Origin: a virus
Taxonomy: Duplodnaviria; Caudoviricetes
Length of the DNA stretch: 64,000 bases
Virus record (IMG/VR): IMGVR_UViG_3300035491_000281
Reading direction: 5' to 3' (one strand)
Made by a program: the position numbers and the translations under genes
Shown here: in pieces, positions 46,896-57,034 of the stretch
How the letters are laid out: each line of letters starts with the position of its first letter
Numbering within the stretch: position 1 is the first letter of the stretch
The notes under the pieces: generated by a model
The model's input: only the letters and a program-made list of their open reading frames with translations
Told to the model about the DNA's origin: nothing
Database searches by the model: none

Positions 46896-47240
46896 ATGCC
46901 TCTGTTCCGCAAAAAGCCCATAGCCATCGTCGCCGACCGTTGGTTCAAAAACGGTGACCACCCTGAAGACCATTCGGAGAAGGTCATGCATAACGGCGAG
47001 ATCTTTCTCACCGAAGGTAAGGTGGTGGGCTTCTACATCCGTAACATGCCGAGTGGGACCAATCCACACCGGGCCTGCGAGCATTGCTGTAAGATCATGG
47101 AGGCTCACGGTTGGATCGAGACCCTCGAAGGCGGTCACATCGTCTGTCCGGGCGACTGGGTCATCACCGGCGTTAAAGGCGAGCGGTACCCCTGCAAGCC
47201 GGACGTCTTCGATTCCAGCTATGAGCCGGTGGAGCAATAA
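46896..47240 (+). CDS. Conserved phage protein (RKKP...GDW.I.GVKGE.YPCKPD family; possibly Acb4-like sponge)
   Basis: FRKKPIAI, TLEG, GDWVITGVKGERYPCKPDVF; Acb4 link is from memory only. Confidence 0.5.
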   Translation: MPLFRKKPIAIVADRWFKNGDHPEDHSEKVMHNGEIFLTEGKVVGFYIRNMPSGTNPHRACEHCCKIMEAHGWIETLEGGHIVCPGDWVITGVKGERYPCKPDVFDSSYEPVEQ

Positions 47241-47296
47241 CCTCACGACGAGACCCTTCGGGGTCTCGTTTATGTTGATTGAACCAGATTTGAAAC

Positions 47297-47305
47297 CCAT
47301 ATCAC
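47297..47305 (+). promoter_or_regulatory. Putative early promoter variant (CCATATCAC, upstream GATTTG)
   Basis: After a terminator, before a + operon. Confidence 0.5.
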
Positions 47306-47360
47306 CCGCATGAACCAACTGGCGCTATCGCCATTAACCCCGTCTTGTAGGAGAGACACC

Positions 47361-47594
47361 ATGACCACTAACAACCTTGAAACCCTCGTTACCGACATCA
47401 CCCTGGAAGATCTGGCTCTTACGCTCGGCGCGCGGCGTGTGAACAAACTGCTGGAGGAAGGCAAGTCCCGTGAAGCTCAGATCCTGGGTAACCAACTGAA
47501 AGAACAGCGCAATGCAATGCTGCGTAAAGTTCACCAGGTGATGGCCAGCAACGATCGGGCGGCCATCGAAAGCATTCTCGGCAAGTGCGCTTAA
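47361..47594 (+). CDS. Small hypothetical protein
   Basis: RBS AGGAG. Confidence 0.65.
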   Translation: MTTNNLETLVTDITLEDLALTLGARRVNKLLEEGKSREAQILGNQLKEQRNAMLRKVHQVMASNDRAAIESILGKCA

Positions 47595-47604
47595 GGAGGA
47601 AGGT

Positions 47605-48036
47605 ATGCAATTCACCGCGCAACAGCGAATTGCCTTTAATAGCTGTCTGGATAAGCTTCGCCGAACCATCAGCTATATCAGCCACCCCACTTTGGAACAG
47701 GCCATTAAGCTGGCACGGTTCTGGGCCGGCTGTGCCGAAGAGCAGATCGGACAGGTGGTGAAGTATCCGATCCACGGTAACCCGCACGTGGTAATCGCCG
47801 GCGCACACGGTGCCGTGACCATTAACCAGCACGGGACGGTGGAACTCTACGGCCGTTACAGCGATGAGGATTCGCTCTTCAAAAAGAATCCGAAACTACT
47901 CACAACGATTGCGTTACACGTAATCAATAATGAGTCAGTGGTACATTACTTTAAAGTCGCCGATGAATTCGCCGAGTTGGACGAACTTCTGGCTGGAGCA
48001 TCGCAACCACTTCAAGTGGCGGCAAAAGAAGGGTAA
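47605..48036 (+). CDS. Hypothetical protein
   Basis: RBS AAGGAGG. Confidence 0.65.
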   Translation: MQFTAQQRIAFNSCLDKLRRTISYISHPTLEQAIKLARFWAGCAEEQIGQVVKYPIHGNPHVVIAGAHGAVTINQHGTVELYGRYSDEDSLFKKNPKLLTTIALHVINNESVVHYFKVADEFAELDELLAGASQPLQVAAKEG

Positions 48037-48124
48037 CCCCCTTCTTTTTTTGTATAGTCGAGTAAAAAAATATACAGATAGGGCATGCTATGCCAACAAC
48101 TTATCACCACAAGAGTGAACAATA

Positions 48125-48631
48125 ATGTCTGAAATCTGCATGATTGCAGCCGCCTCCCTCAACAACGTCATCGGTATTAACGGGCAGATCCCGTGGCACC
48201 TCCCGCAGGATCTCAAACACTTCATGCGCACCACCATGGGTCTTCCCTGCATCATGGGGCGTAAGACGTATGCGTCCATCGGACGAGCCCTGCCGGGCCG
48301 GCGTTGCTATGTGGTGTCGCGGACACTGAAAAGTCTGCCTGACGCGGTCGTCGTACCTACGCTGGAAATTGCCATCGCTCGTGCCAAGGCGCACGAGAAA
48401 GAAAAGGTGTTCATCATCGGTGGGGGTGAACTCTATCGCGATGGGGAGGTTCACGCCGACACGATCTATCTAACCCGAGTACTGCGTCGGTTCGAGGGTG
48501 ATGCGTTTTTCCCGGAACTCGATGACCGATTCTGGAGACGCGATAACTTCTGCGGTCACGAAGGACTCGATACCGACGACCAACCACTCCGATTCAACAT
48601 CGAACTCTGGAAGCGGGTTCGCGACCTCTAA
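48125..48631 (+). CDS. folA: Dihydrofolate reductase
   Basis: VIGINGQIPWHLPQDLKHF, IMGRKTY, LPGR, IIGGGELY, GDAFFP. Confidence 0.96.
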   Translation: MSEICMIAAASLNNVIGINGQIPWHLPQDLKHFMRTTMGLPCIMGRKTYASIGRALPGRRCYVVSRTLKSLPDAVVVPTLEIAIARAKAHEKEKVFIIGGGELYRDGEVHADTIYLTRVLRRFEGDAFFPELDDRFWRRDNFCGHEGLDTDDQPLRFNIELWKRVRDL

Positions 48632-48645
48632 CGCGTGGAGGCATT

Positions 48646-48861
48646 ATGGCTGGGTTTAGCATTAGTCATCAGGATTGGATCAAATGGCGCGATGGATTTT
48701 ATCAAACCCGGAAGGCCCCGTGCCACCTTGGGGTGGCGTTTCTGGAATGTCATAAGCTGTTAAACCCAGTCGTCTACTTCGCTACCGATAACGCGGAAGC
48801 GGAGCGACTGATTCAAGAAATCTACGTCGTATATACGGCGAGGAAACCCAAAGCGGCCTGA
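48646..48861 (+). CDS. Small hypothetical protein
   Basis: RBS GGAGG. Confidence 0.6.
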   Translation: MAGFSISHQDWIKWRDGFYQTRKAPCHLGVAFLECHKLLNPVVYFATDNAEAERLIQEIYVVYTARKPKAA

Positions 48862-48956
48862 GGCATTTGCCTCAGGCTTTACCTTTGTACTTTTTTCTTT
48901 GGTAGTTGTAGTGATGCCAGAATGCTATGGCTTTACTACATCAGGACTAAATTACA

Positions 48957-49328
48957 ATGAACCAGGCAGTTCAGTCAGAGACGGTCACAACAGTACTTAA
49001 GTTTCGCCCTAATATTCACATACACCTTCTTGCCAGTAAGCCTGAGGGTATTTCCGACGATGTCCTTGGTAACTACGGGTATTATCTCGAAGATCACTAC
49101 AACGACGAACGTCAATACTTTTACATGACGGTCAACGGGGTGGTCGCCCATCCGCGTCTGCATAAAGAAATCGACATGATCGCCAGTCTGGGTCGCTACC
49201 TGGAACGGAAGTTCCGCGCCAAGCGCCTGAAGGTGACCGGATTCAAGTTACCTCAGTCGCACGGCTTCAGCGGTAATCGTTACGATTATTTTCAGGTTGT
49301 TCAGCTTTTCGAGCACGCCGGTATCTGA
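48957..49328 (+). CDS. Hypothetical protein
   Basis: Preceded by CTACATCAG promoter-like motif (48936-48944) and AGGA. Confidence 0.55.
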   Translation: MNQAVQSETVTTVLKFRPNIHIHLLASKPEGISDDVLGNYGYYLEDHYNDERQYFYMTVNGVVAHPRLHKEIDMIASLGRYLERKFRAKRLKVTGFKLPQSHGFSGNRYDYFQVVQLFEHAGI

Positions 49329-49477
49329 AGGTATCCCACCTGGCTTGCCGGGTGGGCGTTTATGCCGTTAGAGCCCGACGGCATAGTAGCACTCCAGCCA
49401 GAAGACCCAGTTCCTTAGGTCTCCCAGCCAGAGTCTTTACCGACCACGATTAAGGGGCCGTACTACATAAGATACAA

Positions 49478-51658
49478 CTACATCCGCTGACCGCCGAACT
49501 GTCGCCCGTAGCTACCGCCGGGACGGTTGAAGCGCTTCAGTTTGCTACGTCGATTGCGCTCTTCCTGAGCCTGACGGATCATGGCATCGATACCCACCCC
49601 ACCGGCATCCTGCAAGTCGACCTTGCTGGACATCTGACGGATCTTGATCTCCAACTTGTTGATGATCATCGGATCTTGCGCATCCTTTAGTTGGGCAATC
49701 AGATCGTTGAACACCTCTAAGTTCTGCTGCTTGATGCCCTGCTGGTACCGCTCCTTGGTAGTCATCTCTTCGACGTTGACTACAGCTGCACTGAACACCT
49801 TGAGCTGATCAATGCCGTAGTAGTCGAGGTTGCGTGCCTTGGTACAGAACCAGTGGGTCAGCAGATACGCAATGACCATGTCATCGTGGTTGCCTGCTGA
49901 GTGGTCAATCCGTCCGTTGCGGATGGTCAACGACAGTAGTTCCCCAATCAGGGTCTTGTCATGGACCCGCTTACCGCCCAAGCGCAGGGCACCCTTAAGT
50001 GCATCACCATACAGGTTATCCCGAGCATGCTTACCCGAACCACTGGTGTTGTAACCGAAGTAGCGCATGTACTTGTCGTAGAAATACACAGGGCGGCTAT
50101 TGACGGGGCGTTGGATCTCCTTGAACTCGGTCTTGTAGGTTTCGGGTTCGTCGACGATCCGGTTGTAAATCCGTTTGAATGGGTCGATCCCATGCAACGG
50201 CAACTGAATCATCAAGGTGTCCAGAATCCCCTTACCGGACGACTTGCGCTCTGGGATAAACACCGTGTTTGGGAACCGCACCAAGAGCTTCACCAGCCAC
50301 ATGGCAAACGTGGTCAGGTTGGTCTCGTTGTATCGACCAGTACAGACGACATCGTGGGTGTAGGCATCGGTGATCACCAGGGTGGTGGCGTCGTTATCAG
50401 CACCCAACGCCTCACTGGGGTCGGAACCGATAATGTAGAAGCCACTGGCCATTCGTGCTTCGATCTGGTGGTGGGGCACATACCAGCGCAAGGCATAACC
50501 CTCGCCGGAAATCTCCATATGTTCCACTTCCCGCTCGGAACTTTTCAGGGCAGCTTTTTCCTCGGCATTCAGCGGTGTCCCTTCGGTACCGGTGGTCCAG
50601 ATGTTGAAGTAGTCGCGATCCGCCAGCTCGCCTTCAGACGCCGACTCACGCAGCTTACCGTAGAGCCACTCATCGGTCCGGCCCAACTGACGGTGATTGA
50701 AAGCCCCGTAGATCAGCGGTTTCAAACCGGTGGAGTTCTTGTCGACCACTTTCGCCAGGGTGGGCTGATCGGGCAGGTCGAAGTAGTGCTCGTCCCAGAC
50801 CGCACCCCCCGTCATGAACTTGTAAGCGAATGCTCCGTCGCGGGAGTTGATGTTACCGGCCGTTGTGGTGTAGATGTTACCGTACGGTTGGTTGGCTTCT
50901 TTGGCTTCATCGCGGGCCGCCGAACCCGAGGACAGCGCAACTGGCAGGGAGATCTCCACCAGGTTGATGTACGCCAATTCGTCGAAGTGCATGATCGGAA
51001 CAGTCAGACCACGACCCAGTTTGTCCGCAGCAATCTTGTCGTTACGCCCCACCGAGGTCTTGTAGCGGTTACCGCGTTTGAGGTTGGTGATCAACTCGCT
51101 GTTATCGGCATCCAACCTGTTCGGGTAGTAGATGTAGTCCGGCAGTAGGTTACGGATTTCCTTCAAACGCTCAACGTTGTTGTTACGCAGCGCCAAGTCT
51201 TTTGTAATCAGGTTGATCGTGGTGTTCGACGCCCAGAGGTTGACGATCCCGGTCATCAAGACGTCGGTCGAGACCGACTTACCAGTCTGACGTGGTTGGA
51301 GCAAGCCGAAGTCAATGTGGTTAAAGAACGACCAGTAGGCGGCGATGTTACCACGGTTGGCCTTGAACTTGACGGGTACGGTACCGGCGTTCGGAGGAAC
51401 GCGGGCCACTTCCCGGAAGTAGTACCAAGGGTTGTATTGGCATTCCAGCGCCACGCGCATCTTCATGTCGCGTGAGAGGTTCGGGTCAAACGGGTCTACG
51501 CCAACCAGTTCCGGTTGATACAGGGCGAGAATGAACTCGGCGTTGTCAATGCCCATCTGCTTGTACAGATAGACCAGGCGCTTAAACGATTCGTTGCTAG
51601 TCTGGTAGTCAACAATCGCCGTCGGGAAGCGTTCCCAATCAGACTTGAAAAGGATCAT
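49478..51658 (-). CDS. terL: Terminase large subunit (phiKZ gp25-like)
   Basis: QPRQTGKS Walker A, MHFDE Walker B, YTTTAG, GSDPS nuclease Asp, HDDMVIA. Confidence 0.92.
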   Translation of the reverse strand: MILFKSDWERFPTAIVDYQTSNESFKRLVYLYKQMGIDNAEFILALYQPELVGVDPFDPNLSRDMKMRVALECQYNPWYYFREVARVPPNAGTVPVKFKANRGNIAAYWSFFNHIDFGLLQPRQTGKSVSTDVLMTGIVNLWASNTTINLITKDLALRNNNVERLKEIRNLLPDYIYYPNRLDADNSELITNLKRGNRYKTSVGRNDKIAADKLGRGLTVPIMHFDELAYINLVEISLPVALSSGSAARDEAKEANQPYGNIYTTTAGNINSRDGAFAYKFMTGGAVWDEHYFDLPDQPTLAKVVDKNSTGLKPLIYGAFNHRQLGRTDEWLYGKLRESASEGELADRDYFNIWTTGTEGTPLNAEEKAALKSSEREVEHMEISGEGYALRWYVPHHQIEARMASGFYIIGSDPSEALGADNDATTLVITDAYTHDVVCTGRYNETNLTTFAMWLVKLLVRFPNTVFIPERKSSGKGILDTLMIQLPLHGIDPFKRIYNRIVDEPETYKTEFKEIQRPVNSRPVYFYDKYMRYFGYNTSGSGKHARDNLYGDALKGALRLGGKRVHDKTLIGELLSLTIRNGRIDHSAGNHDDMVIAYLLTHWFCTKARNLDYYGIDQLKVFSAAVVNVEEMTTKERYQQGIKQQNLEVFNDLIAQLKDAQDPMIINKLEIKIRQMSSKVDLQDAGGVGIDAMIRQAQEERNRRSKLKRFNRPGGSYGRQFGGQRM

Positions 51659-51761
51659 AGGGGCTACCTTACCCAGTGGGTTTGGTGGTGTATAGGGTCT
51701 ATATGATCCGCGTGTTCACGGGACTCGCGCAGTGTTTTATTCAGTCGACTGTTATATAGAC

Positions 51762-51770
51762 CTATATCAC
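51762..51770 (+). promoter_or_regulatory. Putative phage early promoter core (CTATATCAC)
   Basis: Heads the + strand block between terL and the structural genes. Confidence 0.6.
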
Positions 51771-51802
51771 CCGTGTGAATCTCACCAAACCGAGGAACCT
51801 AC

Positions 51803-52396
51803 ATGACCCTGGATAACCTCAGAGCAGCAATCGTTAAAGAGTTTGCCGACAAATGGGAACTCAATGACCTTGCGCATCGCCAAACCCACTTTGAAGGGGT
51901 GTTCCGAACAGGCATGTTGATCAACGAACGGTTGGGGTTGGGTTTTGACCCAAAGCTGATTTTGTTCGCGGCGTACTTTCACGACATGTTCGCCTGGAGT
52001 CGGGTGAACCACCACGAACTCAGCTTCCACTGGATGATGAGTACCGACCATCCGTTGATCCTAGAACACTTCGATCCCTCCGAAACACAACAGGTTGCCT
52101 GGGCCTGTATGCAGCACCGGGCATCGTTCACAGGTCAGTTCAAATCACAGTTTGCGGAGCTGATCAATGCCGCCGACCGTGAGTTGCCAGGTAACGTCGA
52201 TGTCATGTTACTGCGGGCCATGCAGTTCCGTCAGAAGAAGGCGCCGCACGAATCGGCCGTGCAGATCATGGAGGCGTCTATCGCCCACCTCAAAGAGAAA
52301 TTCGGCTTCGGCGGCTATGCCCGCTACCCAGCGTTGTACATCGAATGCTTCGACCGCGAGCTAGATAAACAGCGGCGTGAAATCGCGCAACTCTAA
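51803..52396 (+). CDS. HD-domain phosphohydrolase
   Basis: AH...H, FHD, H...H, QHR, AAD. Confidence 0.8.
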   Translation: MTLDNLRAAIVKEFADKWELNDLAHRQTHFEGVFRTGMLINERLGLGFDPKLILFAAYFHDMFAWSRVNHHELSFHWMMSTDHPLILEHFDPSETQQVAWACMQHRASFTGQFKSQFAELINAADRELPGNVDVMLLRAMQFRQKKAPHESAVQIMEASIAHLKEKFGFGGYARYPALYIECFDRELDKQRREIAQL

Positions 52397-52431
52397 TCCA
52401 ATCTAAACCCCCGTGATCTAGGGAGATCCAC

Positions 52432-52728
52432 ATGCAGCACGCTAAAATCATCACTACCGTCACGCCGCTAGTCAACGCCATGTTGGCCGATGCCCTGGAA
52501 CATCAGGACTGGCCGGACGACGCGGTATTCAAGATCAGCTACCGGACCAAAAGCTGGCCCGAGCACACCATGGGGTCGACTCACCATAAGTACTTCCAAA
52601 CCCAGGCTGAGGTAGAGGCTTGGGAAGAGGATTACGCCAGCTGGTGCCGCTTAGGGGGTAACAGCATGGAGTATACCGTGTACGAATGGAACCTAGGGCC
52701 CAACTTCGTCAAGCACGGCTGGCACTGA
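52432..52728 (+). CDS. Hypothetical protein
   Basis: RBS GGGAG; followed by hairpin. Confidence 0.6.
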   Translation: MQHAKIITTVTPLVNAMLADALEHQDWPDDAVFKISYRTKSWPEHTMGSTHHKYFQTQAEVEAWEEDYASWCRLGGNSMEYTVYEWNLGPNFVKHGWH

Positions 52729-52807
52729 GCACAAGTGCCTACCCCCAAGGGTAGGCACTATTCGGTTTAGGATATTTCGGAAGGCTTCTTAATTCAGTAG
52801 GTGTGTT

Positions 52808-53149
52808 ATGTCCAGTATGTCCAAAAAAGCACTTTACTACAGAGAACCAGGTGAAGGCGGGAAACTCCTTTCGAATGAATTTGGTTTCAGAAAGGTTCTG
52901 ATTCTTCAGAAAGGTCTTAGGTTCACCGATGACCGAGTGAACAACCGTCGGCGACTGAACAATGCGTCACTCCGTACTAAGCTTACCTATAACCGCAATT
53001 TGCGTTTGCTTAAAGATCAAGTACATAAGTACGCGAACCTACGTACTGAGATCGATAAGAAGATAAGTCAACTTAAGCATGAAATACCGGTGGATAGAGA
53101 GTATCACTCGATCTGGATCGCACCTTCCTTCGGTGAGCTAACGGTGTAG
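52808..53149 (+). CDS. Basic hypothetical protein (AT-rich)
   Basis: RBS AGGTG; Lys/Arg-rich. Confidence 0.5.
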   Translation: MSSMSKKALYYREPGEGGKLLSNEFGFRKVLILQKGLRFTDDRVNNRRRLNNASLRTKLTYNRNLRLLKDQVHKYANLRTEIDKKISQLKHEIPVDREYHSIWIAPSFGELTV

Positions 53150-53154
53150 TAACA

Positions 53155-53616
53155 ATGTCTAACAAAACAAAACGTGGTATCCAAGCTTCTTCTGTTGTTG
53201 TAAACACCAACAGCGTCATCAAAACCATCATGGTGCGCTACCGTCGTGACCCGGAGACCCATCATGTCACCTACATGTCGCGGCGGCAAGCTGAGTTATT
53301 CCTGACTGGTAAAACGCTGCGCATCATCTCGATCGTCGATAAGGGTGAAGCATTTCCAGACTTTGGCAAACACGCCAAGGTACTGCAGCTAGAACACGAC
53401 GGTTGGGTGGGTTTCACCGGTGAGCAGGTTAATCAGATCCATGAATTCGCTAAAGCCGCAGACGGTGCGAACATCCACGTTCATTGCGAAATGGGTCTGA
53501 TTCGATCGAAGTGGGTGGCGGAGCGGATCGGTCAATGGTTGGGCTATCGCGTTATGACGTATCGTGATTTACACGAGCGCCGGACTGACCACGCTATCAT
53601 TTATCACGAACTGTAA
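53155..53616 (+). CDS. Protein-tyrosine/dual-specificity phosphatase-like protein
   Basis: IHVHCEMGLIRS = HCxxGxxRS. Confidence 0.7.
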   Translation: MSNKTKRGIQASSVVVNTNSVIKTIMVRYRRDPETHHVTYMSRRQAELFLTGKTLRIISIVDKGEAFPDFGKHAKVLQLEHDGWVGFTGEQVNQIHEFAKAADGANIHVHCEMGLIRSKWVAERIGQWLGYRVMTYRDLHERRTDHAIIYHEL

Positions 53617-53630
53617 CGAGGGCTCTGTTA

Positions 53631-53993
53631 ATGAAACTGAATAACGCAGCATTAAAAACCCTGGCTGGGGCATACGTCGATAACTTCGTCAGCGGGGAGT
53701 GCACCCCAGATTATGTCGAGGTGGCCATACTCCAGTTGCTGATCGATGACCTGCTGAGGCATCAGATCGGCACCGTGCGGGCCGACGGTAATAGTCAACA
53801 ACTCAATCTCAGTATGATCAACGTTACGGTGAACATGGAACGGGATGGGACGATCAAGGACTGGTACTACGGCAGTGAACAGCCAATACGACCAAGCGCT
53901 TACGAGGCGGCGCACATTGCGGTTCTGCTGGCCGACCTGTTCCGCCTGTATCGCGGCTGCTTCAATGTTGATTTGACTGACGGAAAGCTTTAA
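53631..53993 (+). CDS. Hypothetical protein
   Basis: RBS GAGG. Confidence 0.55.
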   Translation: MKLNNAALKTLAGAYVDNFVSGECTPDYVEVAILQLLIDDLLRHQIGTVRADGNSQQLNLSMINVTVNMERDGTIKDWYYGSEQPIRPSAYEAAHIAVLLADLFRLYRGCFNVDLTDGKL

Positions 53994-54135
53994 TATTGAG
54001 CGCGAGACCTCTCTATTTGCTTGGTTTGAGAAACTAAAGCAGAAGGGCGTGGAGCTCGTGATCGTAGCTTTTGACTAAAGCGGGATATAAACACCGCGAC
54101 CACCCTAAGGGGTGGCTTTTATCAGCATAGGGGGT

Positions 54136-54705
54136 ATGCACATGTCGCACAAAGATTCTAGTGTGGTTGTTAACAACACTAACCTGCTGTTAGATGAAGA
54201 CGGTACGCTCGGTTTGTATTTCTCAAGCTCCCTGGCGGAGCCGGATTATCACGATCAGGTGGCCATGTATACTTGGGCCGAACTGGCGGTCGACCCGACG
54301 CGGGTCGATGAGGCAAGTGTCTCAATTGTCCTGGATCTACCAGAGATGGTTAAGGAGCTGCTGGGTAATGACTTCGGGCATGAAAACGTGATTGGCGGGT
54401 TTACGGTAGACCCGGCGCATGAACCGGCACTCGGTAAAGTCAAAGAACAACTGGAAGAGGCGCTTGCCTTATTCAAGCGCGTTACATACAGCGCCGGTGA
54501 AGTAACCGCTGAGATCAACCCCGACGACTGCCACGTTGCGGTGTATGAACACGGTGAAAGCATCGGTTTATTCGACTACAATAAAGAACAAGCCACAGCG
54601 TTCTGCGCCGAGCAAACGCGACTGACGGGTCGACTGCACGACTACCATTTCGTAGGGGGTCGGGCGCACGTCAAAGCGCTCCCACGCAGTTGGAAGCACG
54701 ACTGA
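54136..54705 (+). CDS. Hypothetical protein
   Basis: RBS AGGGGG. Confidence 0.6.
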   Translation: MHMSHKDSSVVVNNTNLLLDEDGTLGLYFSSSLAEPDYHDQVAMYTWAELAVDPTRVDEASVSIVLDLPEMVKELLGNDFGHENVIGGFTVDPAHEPALGKVKEQLEEALALFKRVTYSAGEVTAEINPDDCHVAVYEHGESIGLFDYNKEQATAFCAEQTRLTGRLHDYHFVGGRAHVKALPRSWKHD

Positions 54706-54716
54706 GGATTTTTAAA

Positions 54717-55088
54717 ATGTCCGAGCAAAATAAAGACGTCCGTCGGCTGGTATCCGAGCGGGGTTTCGAATTGGTCGAGCAGGGTGTCTATGACACCCCT
54801 GTGATTACCGTTGAAAACTACCAGAAGTGGTACAACCTCTACGTGATCCAACCTACCGGGGAAGTGGAGATACTGGACCCGGGTCTGATTACCGAGGTGA
54901 TCGGCGAGATCAACGAGATTCTGGTTATTGATCACACTTTCCATCCTAAGCTGCTGTTGCTGCTAGCAAAGAAGCTGGGGGCCGAAGTGCCGTCCACCAC
55001 CATGGAGATGGTAGCCGGCCGGTGGGTGTTGGATAACGAGATCGTGAAAGGGATCGACTACCACCTCCCTGAGTATTACGAGAGCTAG
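54717..55088 (+). CDS. Hypothetical protein
   Basis: RBS GAGGA. Confidence 0.65.
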   Translation: MSEQNKDVRRLVSERGFELVEQGVYDTPVITVENYQKWYNLYVIQPTGEVEILDPGLITEVIGEINEILVIDHTFHPKLLLLLAKKLGAEVPSTTMEMVAGRWVLDNEIVKGIDYHLPEYYES

Positions 55089-55090
55089 CC

Positions 55091-55372
55091 ATGGATACAG
55101 TCAAACCTACAACGGAAGTCATCGAGGTGGAAACCTGTCTTCAGTTTCTCTATCTCAGACGGGGTAAGGACGAAGTCTACATTGGCTATGACCTCGATGG
55201 ATTCCGTGGATTACTCGCTGATGCCGGTGACCACGGACACCTGGAGATTGATCCGAAAGGCGACAAGCATCTACTCATCATCAGCCCGCAATTGGTGGGG
55301 CTGTCCGATACCAAAGCGCGCCTTGCTTTGGGGTATGACCTGGTACGCGCTTATGCGCGAACTTGTGCGTGA
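55091..55372 (+). CDS. Hypothetical protein
   Basis: Colinear ORF. Confidence 0.55.
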   Translation: MDTVKPTTEVIEVETCLQFLYLRRGKDEVYIGYDLDGFRGLLADAGDHGHLEIDPKGDKHLLIISPQLVGLSDTKARLALGYDLVRAYARTCA

Positions 55373-55402
55373 AAATAAACAGCAACGTAAAGGGGTACGA
55401 AA

Positions 55403-55615
55403 ATGAGCAATGACCGTTATTACGATTTCATCACCAACGCTTCGCTGGACGAGATCGATATCGAAACGCTGCCGAACTTCGACGAGCGCAACGGCGCTGG
55501 CGAGTTCAAGAACATGACCGATGACGAGATCAAGCAGCGCTACATTCAAGAAGCCATCGACCAGAAACAAGCCGATGACTTCCAGGATCACCTCGATTCG
55601 CTGGATGACGACTGA
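55403..55615 (+). CDS. Small highly acidic protein
   Basis: Asp/Glu-rich; followed by terminator at about 55637-55676. Confidence 0.6.
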   Translation: MSNDRYYDFITNASLDEIDIETLPNFDERNGAGEFKNMTDDEIKQRYIQEAIDQKQADDFQDHLDSLDDD

Positions 55616-55691
55616 TCCTGTTGTTTAGTAGCATCGGAGGACCTACGGGTCCTCCTTCCCTCTTCTTCTTTTTTCACGTGACGAGTACCAC

Positions 55692-56327
55692 ATGAGCGAG
55701 TACGATACCCTAGAGCAGGAATCGGCCATCCTGGCCCACTTCGAGACACTCAAGAATCCCAACGCCAAGAAGGTCAAGAAATTGGCCGCCAAGCTCTACG
55801 CTGAAGTTCCGCACGAAATCCAAAAGCGTCTGTGTCGCGATGTCTACCGCGCCCACGACCCGCTGACCTATGTCCGCTCCTGTATCGAGAAGATCCGCGA
55901 TTGCTCGATCTTAATTGAGCAGTTTATTGAAGACGGTTGCCACGGCATGATCTTCACCGGTAAGGACGGCACCACCGTGTATCCCGTGACGCTGAAAACC
56001 CTCCCGCACTGGTTGTCGGAAACCGAGCGTTGGGACCCGGAGCAGGAAGCACTGATCCAGCACGACGCAGTCAACGCCTGGATGAAGGAGCACGACAAGG
56101 GCTATTTCTACGGTAAGGTGGTGTTGTTTCCCAAGTTCGGTTTCAGCGGCGAGCCCCGTATCATCGAAATGCAGTGCAGTGACGATACCGCCGGGCTGCA
56201 CCGCTATCCGGGCACCAACTATTTCACTCGGGATAAACCCAAAGACATCCAAGAGGTGTTTGACCGCACGATGGCGAGTCTGGAGCGTGTGGTTCGCGAA
56301 GGTGAAGCCAAACGTAAACAAGCTTAA
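55692..56327 (+). CDS. Hypothetical protein
   Basis: 211-aa colinear ORF. Confidence 0.65.
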   Translation: MSEYDTLEQESAILAHFETLKNPNAKKVKKLAAKLYAEVPHEIQKRLCRDVYRAHDPLTYVRSCIEKIRDCSILIEQFIEDGCHGMIFTGKDGTTVYPVTLKTLPHWLSETERWDPEQEALIQHDAVNAWMKEHDKGYFYGKVVLFPKFGFSGEPRIIEMQCSDDTAGLHRYPGTNYFTRDKPKDIQEVFDRTMASLERVVREGEAKRKQA

Positions 56328-56337
56328 CGGAGCAGAG

Positions 56338-57030
56338 ATGAGCAATATTATCGACCTGACCCAGTATCTGGACAAACCCCCCACTCGGAACTTCCGGGAG
56401 TACGCCGGTAAGATGGTGGATCTCGCCATGGGTACTGCCGGTGAACTCCCTCAGTTCGCGGCGGGCCTCACCAGCGTGGCCGACGGCTATGCTAAGTACC
56501 TGAACAACGAACGCCTGTTCGGAGAGCGGGACGTACCCAGCTATTGGGACGTCGCCTGCGGACTCAGCTTCAGCGCGGTGCAGGCGCCTAACGGTGAGGT
56601 GACCTCAATCACTTTCAGCGTATTCAACGGGCGGGCGGTGGAGAACTTCGATCCGACTCAACGCGATGCCGTCAGGCAGGGGGTGATTACGCTGATCCCT
56701 CAGCGTGAAGTGGTGGGGTTTGGCGAGTTTCATAATGAGAAACCCGATCTGGTCTATTTGGAATGGCTTCAACTAAAGTGTCGAGAACACGGCATTCGCG
56801 CTTTACTCTCACCGAACCTGGCCTTCTTTGCCGATCTACTTCGGGCGGCTTACGCTAACGGTTTCCGGTTACACGGATTGAACTCGGTAAATGACAAACT
56901 CTCCCTAGAACTGCTCGGTAAGAACGAGCAGATGGAAGTGATGGTCAATTTCGCCCTGTTCAAAAGTACGCACGACATCATTACTCGGATGGCCGCAGCA
57001 GAGGAAGCTGCTAACCCACCTACCGCGTAA
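56338..57030 (+). CDS. Hypothetical protein
   Basis: GGAG before ATG 56338. Confidence 0.65.
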   Translation: MSNIIDLTQYLDKPPTRNFREYAGKMVDLAMGTAGELPQFAAGLTSVADGYAKYLNNERLFGERDVPSYWDVACGLSFSAVQAPNGEVTSITFSVFNGRAVENFDPTQRDAVRQGVITLIPQREVVGFGEFHNEKPDLVYLEWLQLKCREHGIRALLSPNLAFFADLLRAAYANGFRLHGLNSVNDKLSLELLGKNEQMEVMVNFALFKSTHDIITRMAAAEEAANPPTA

Positions 57031-57034
57031 CGAA

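Noticed and set aside
49961-51148. Long antisense ORFs (also 39871-40932, 57068-58009, 62526-63521 and many shorter ones)
   Set aside because: Shadow frames opposite well-supported genes (terL, nrdB, structural genes, tail sheath), typical of GC-rich codon bias
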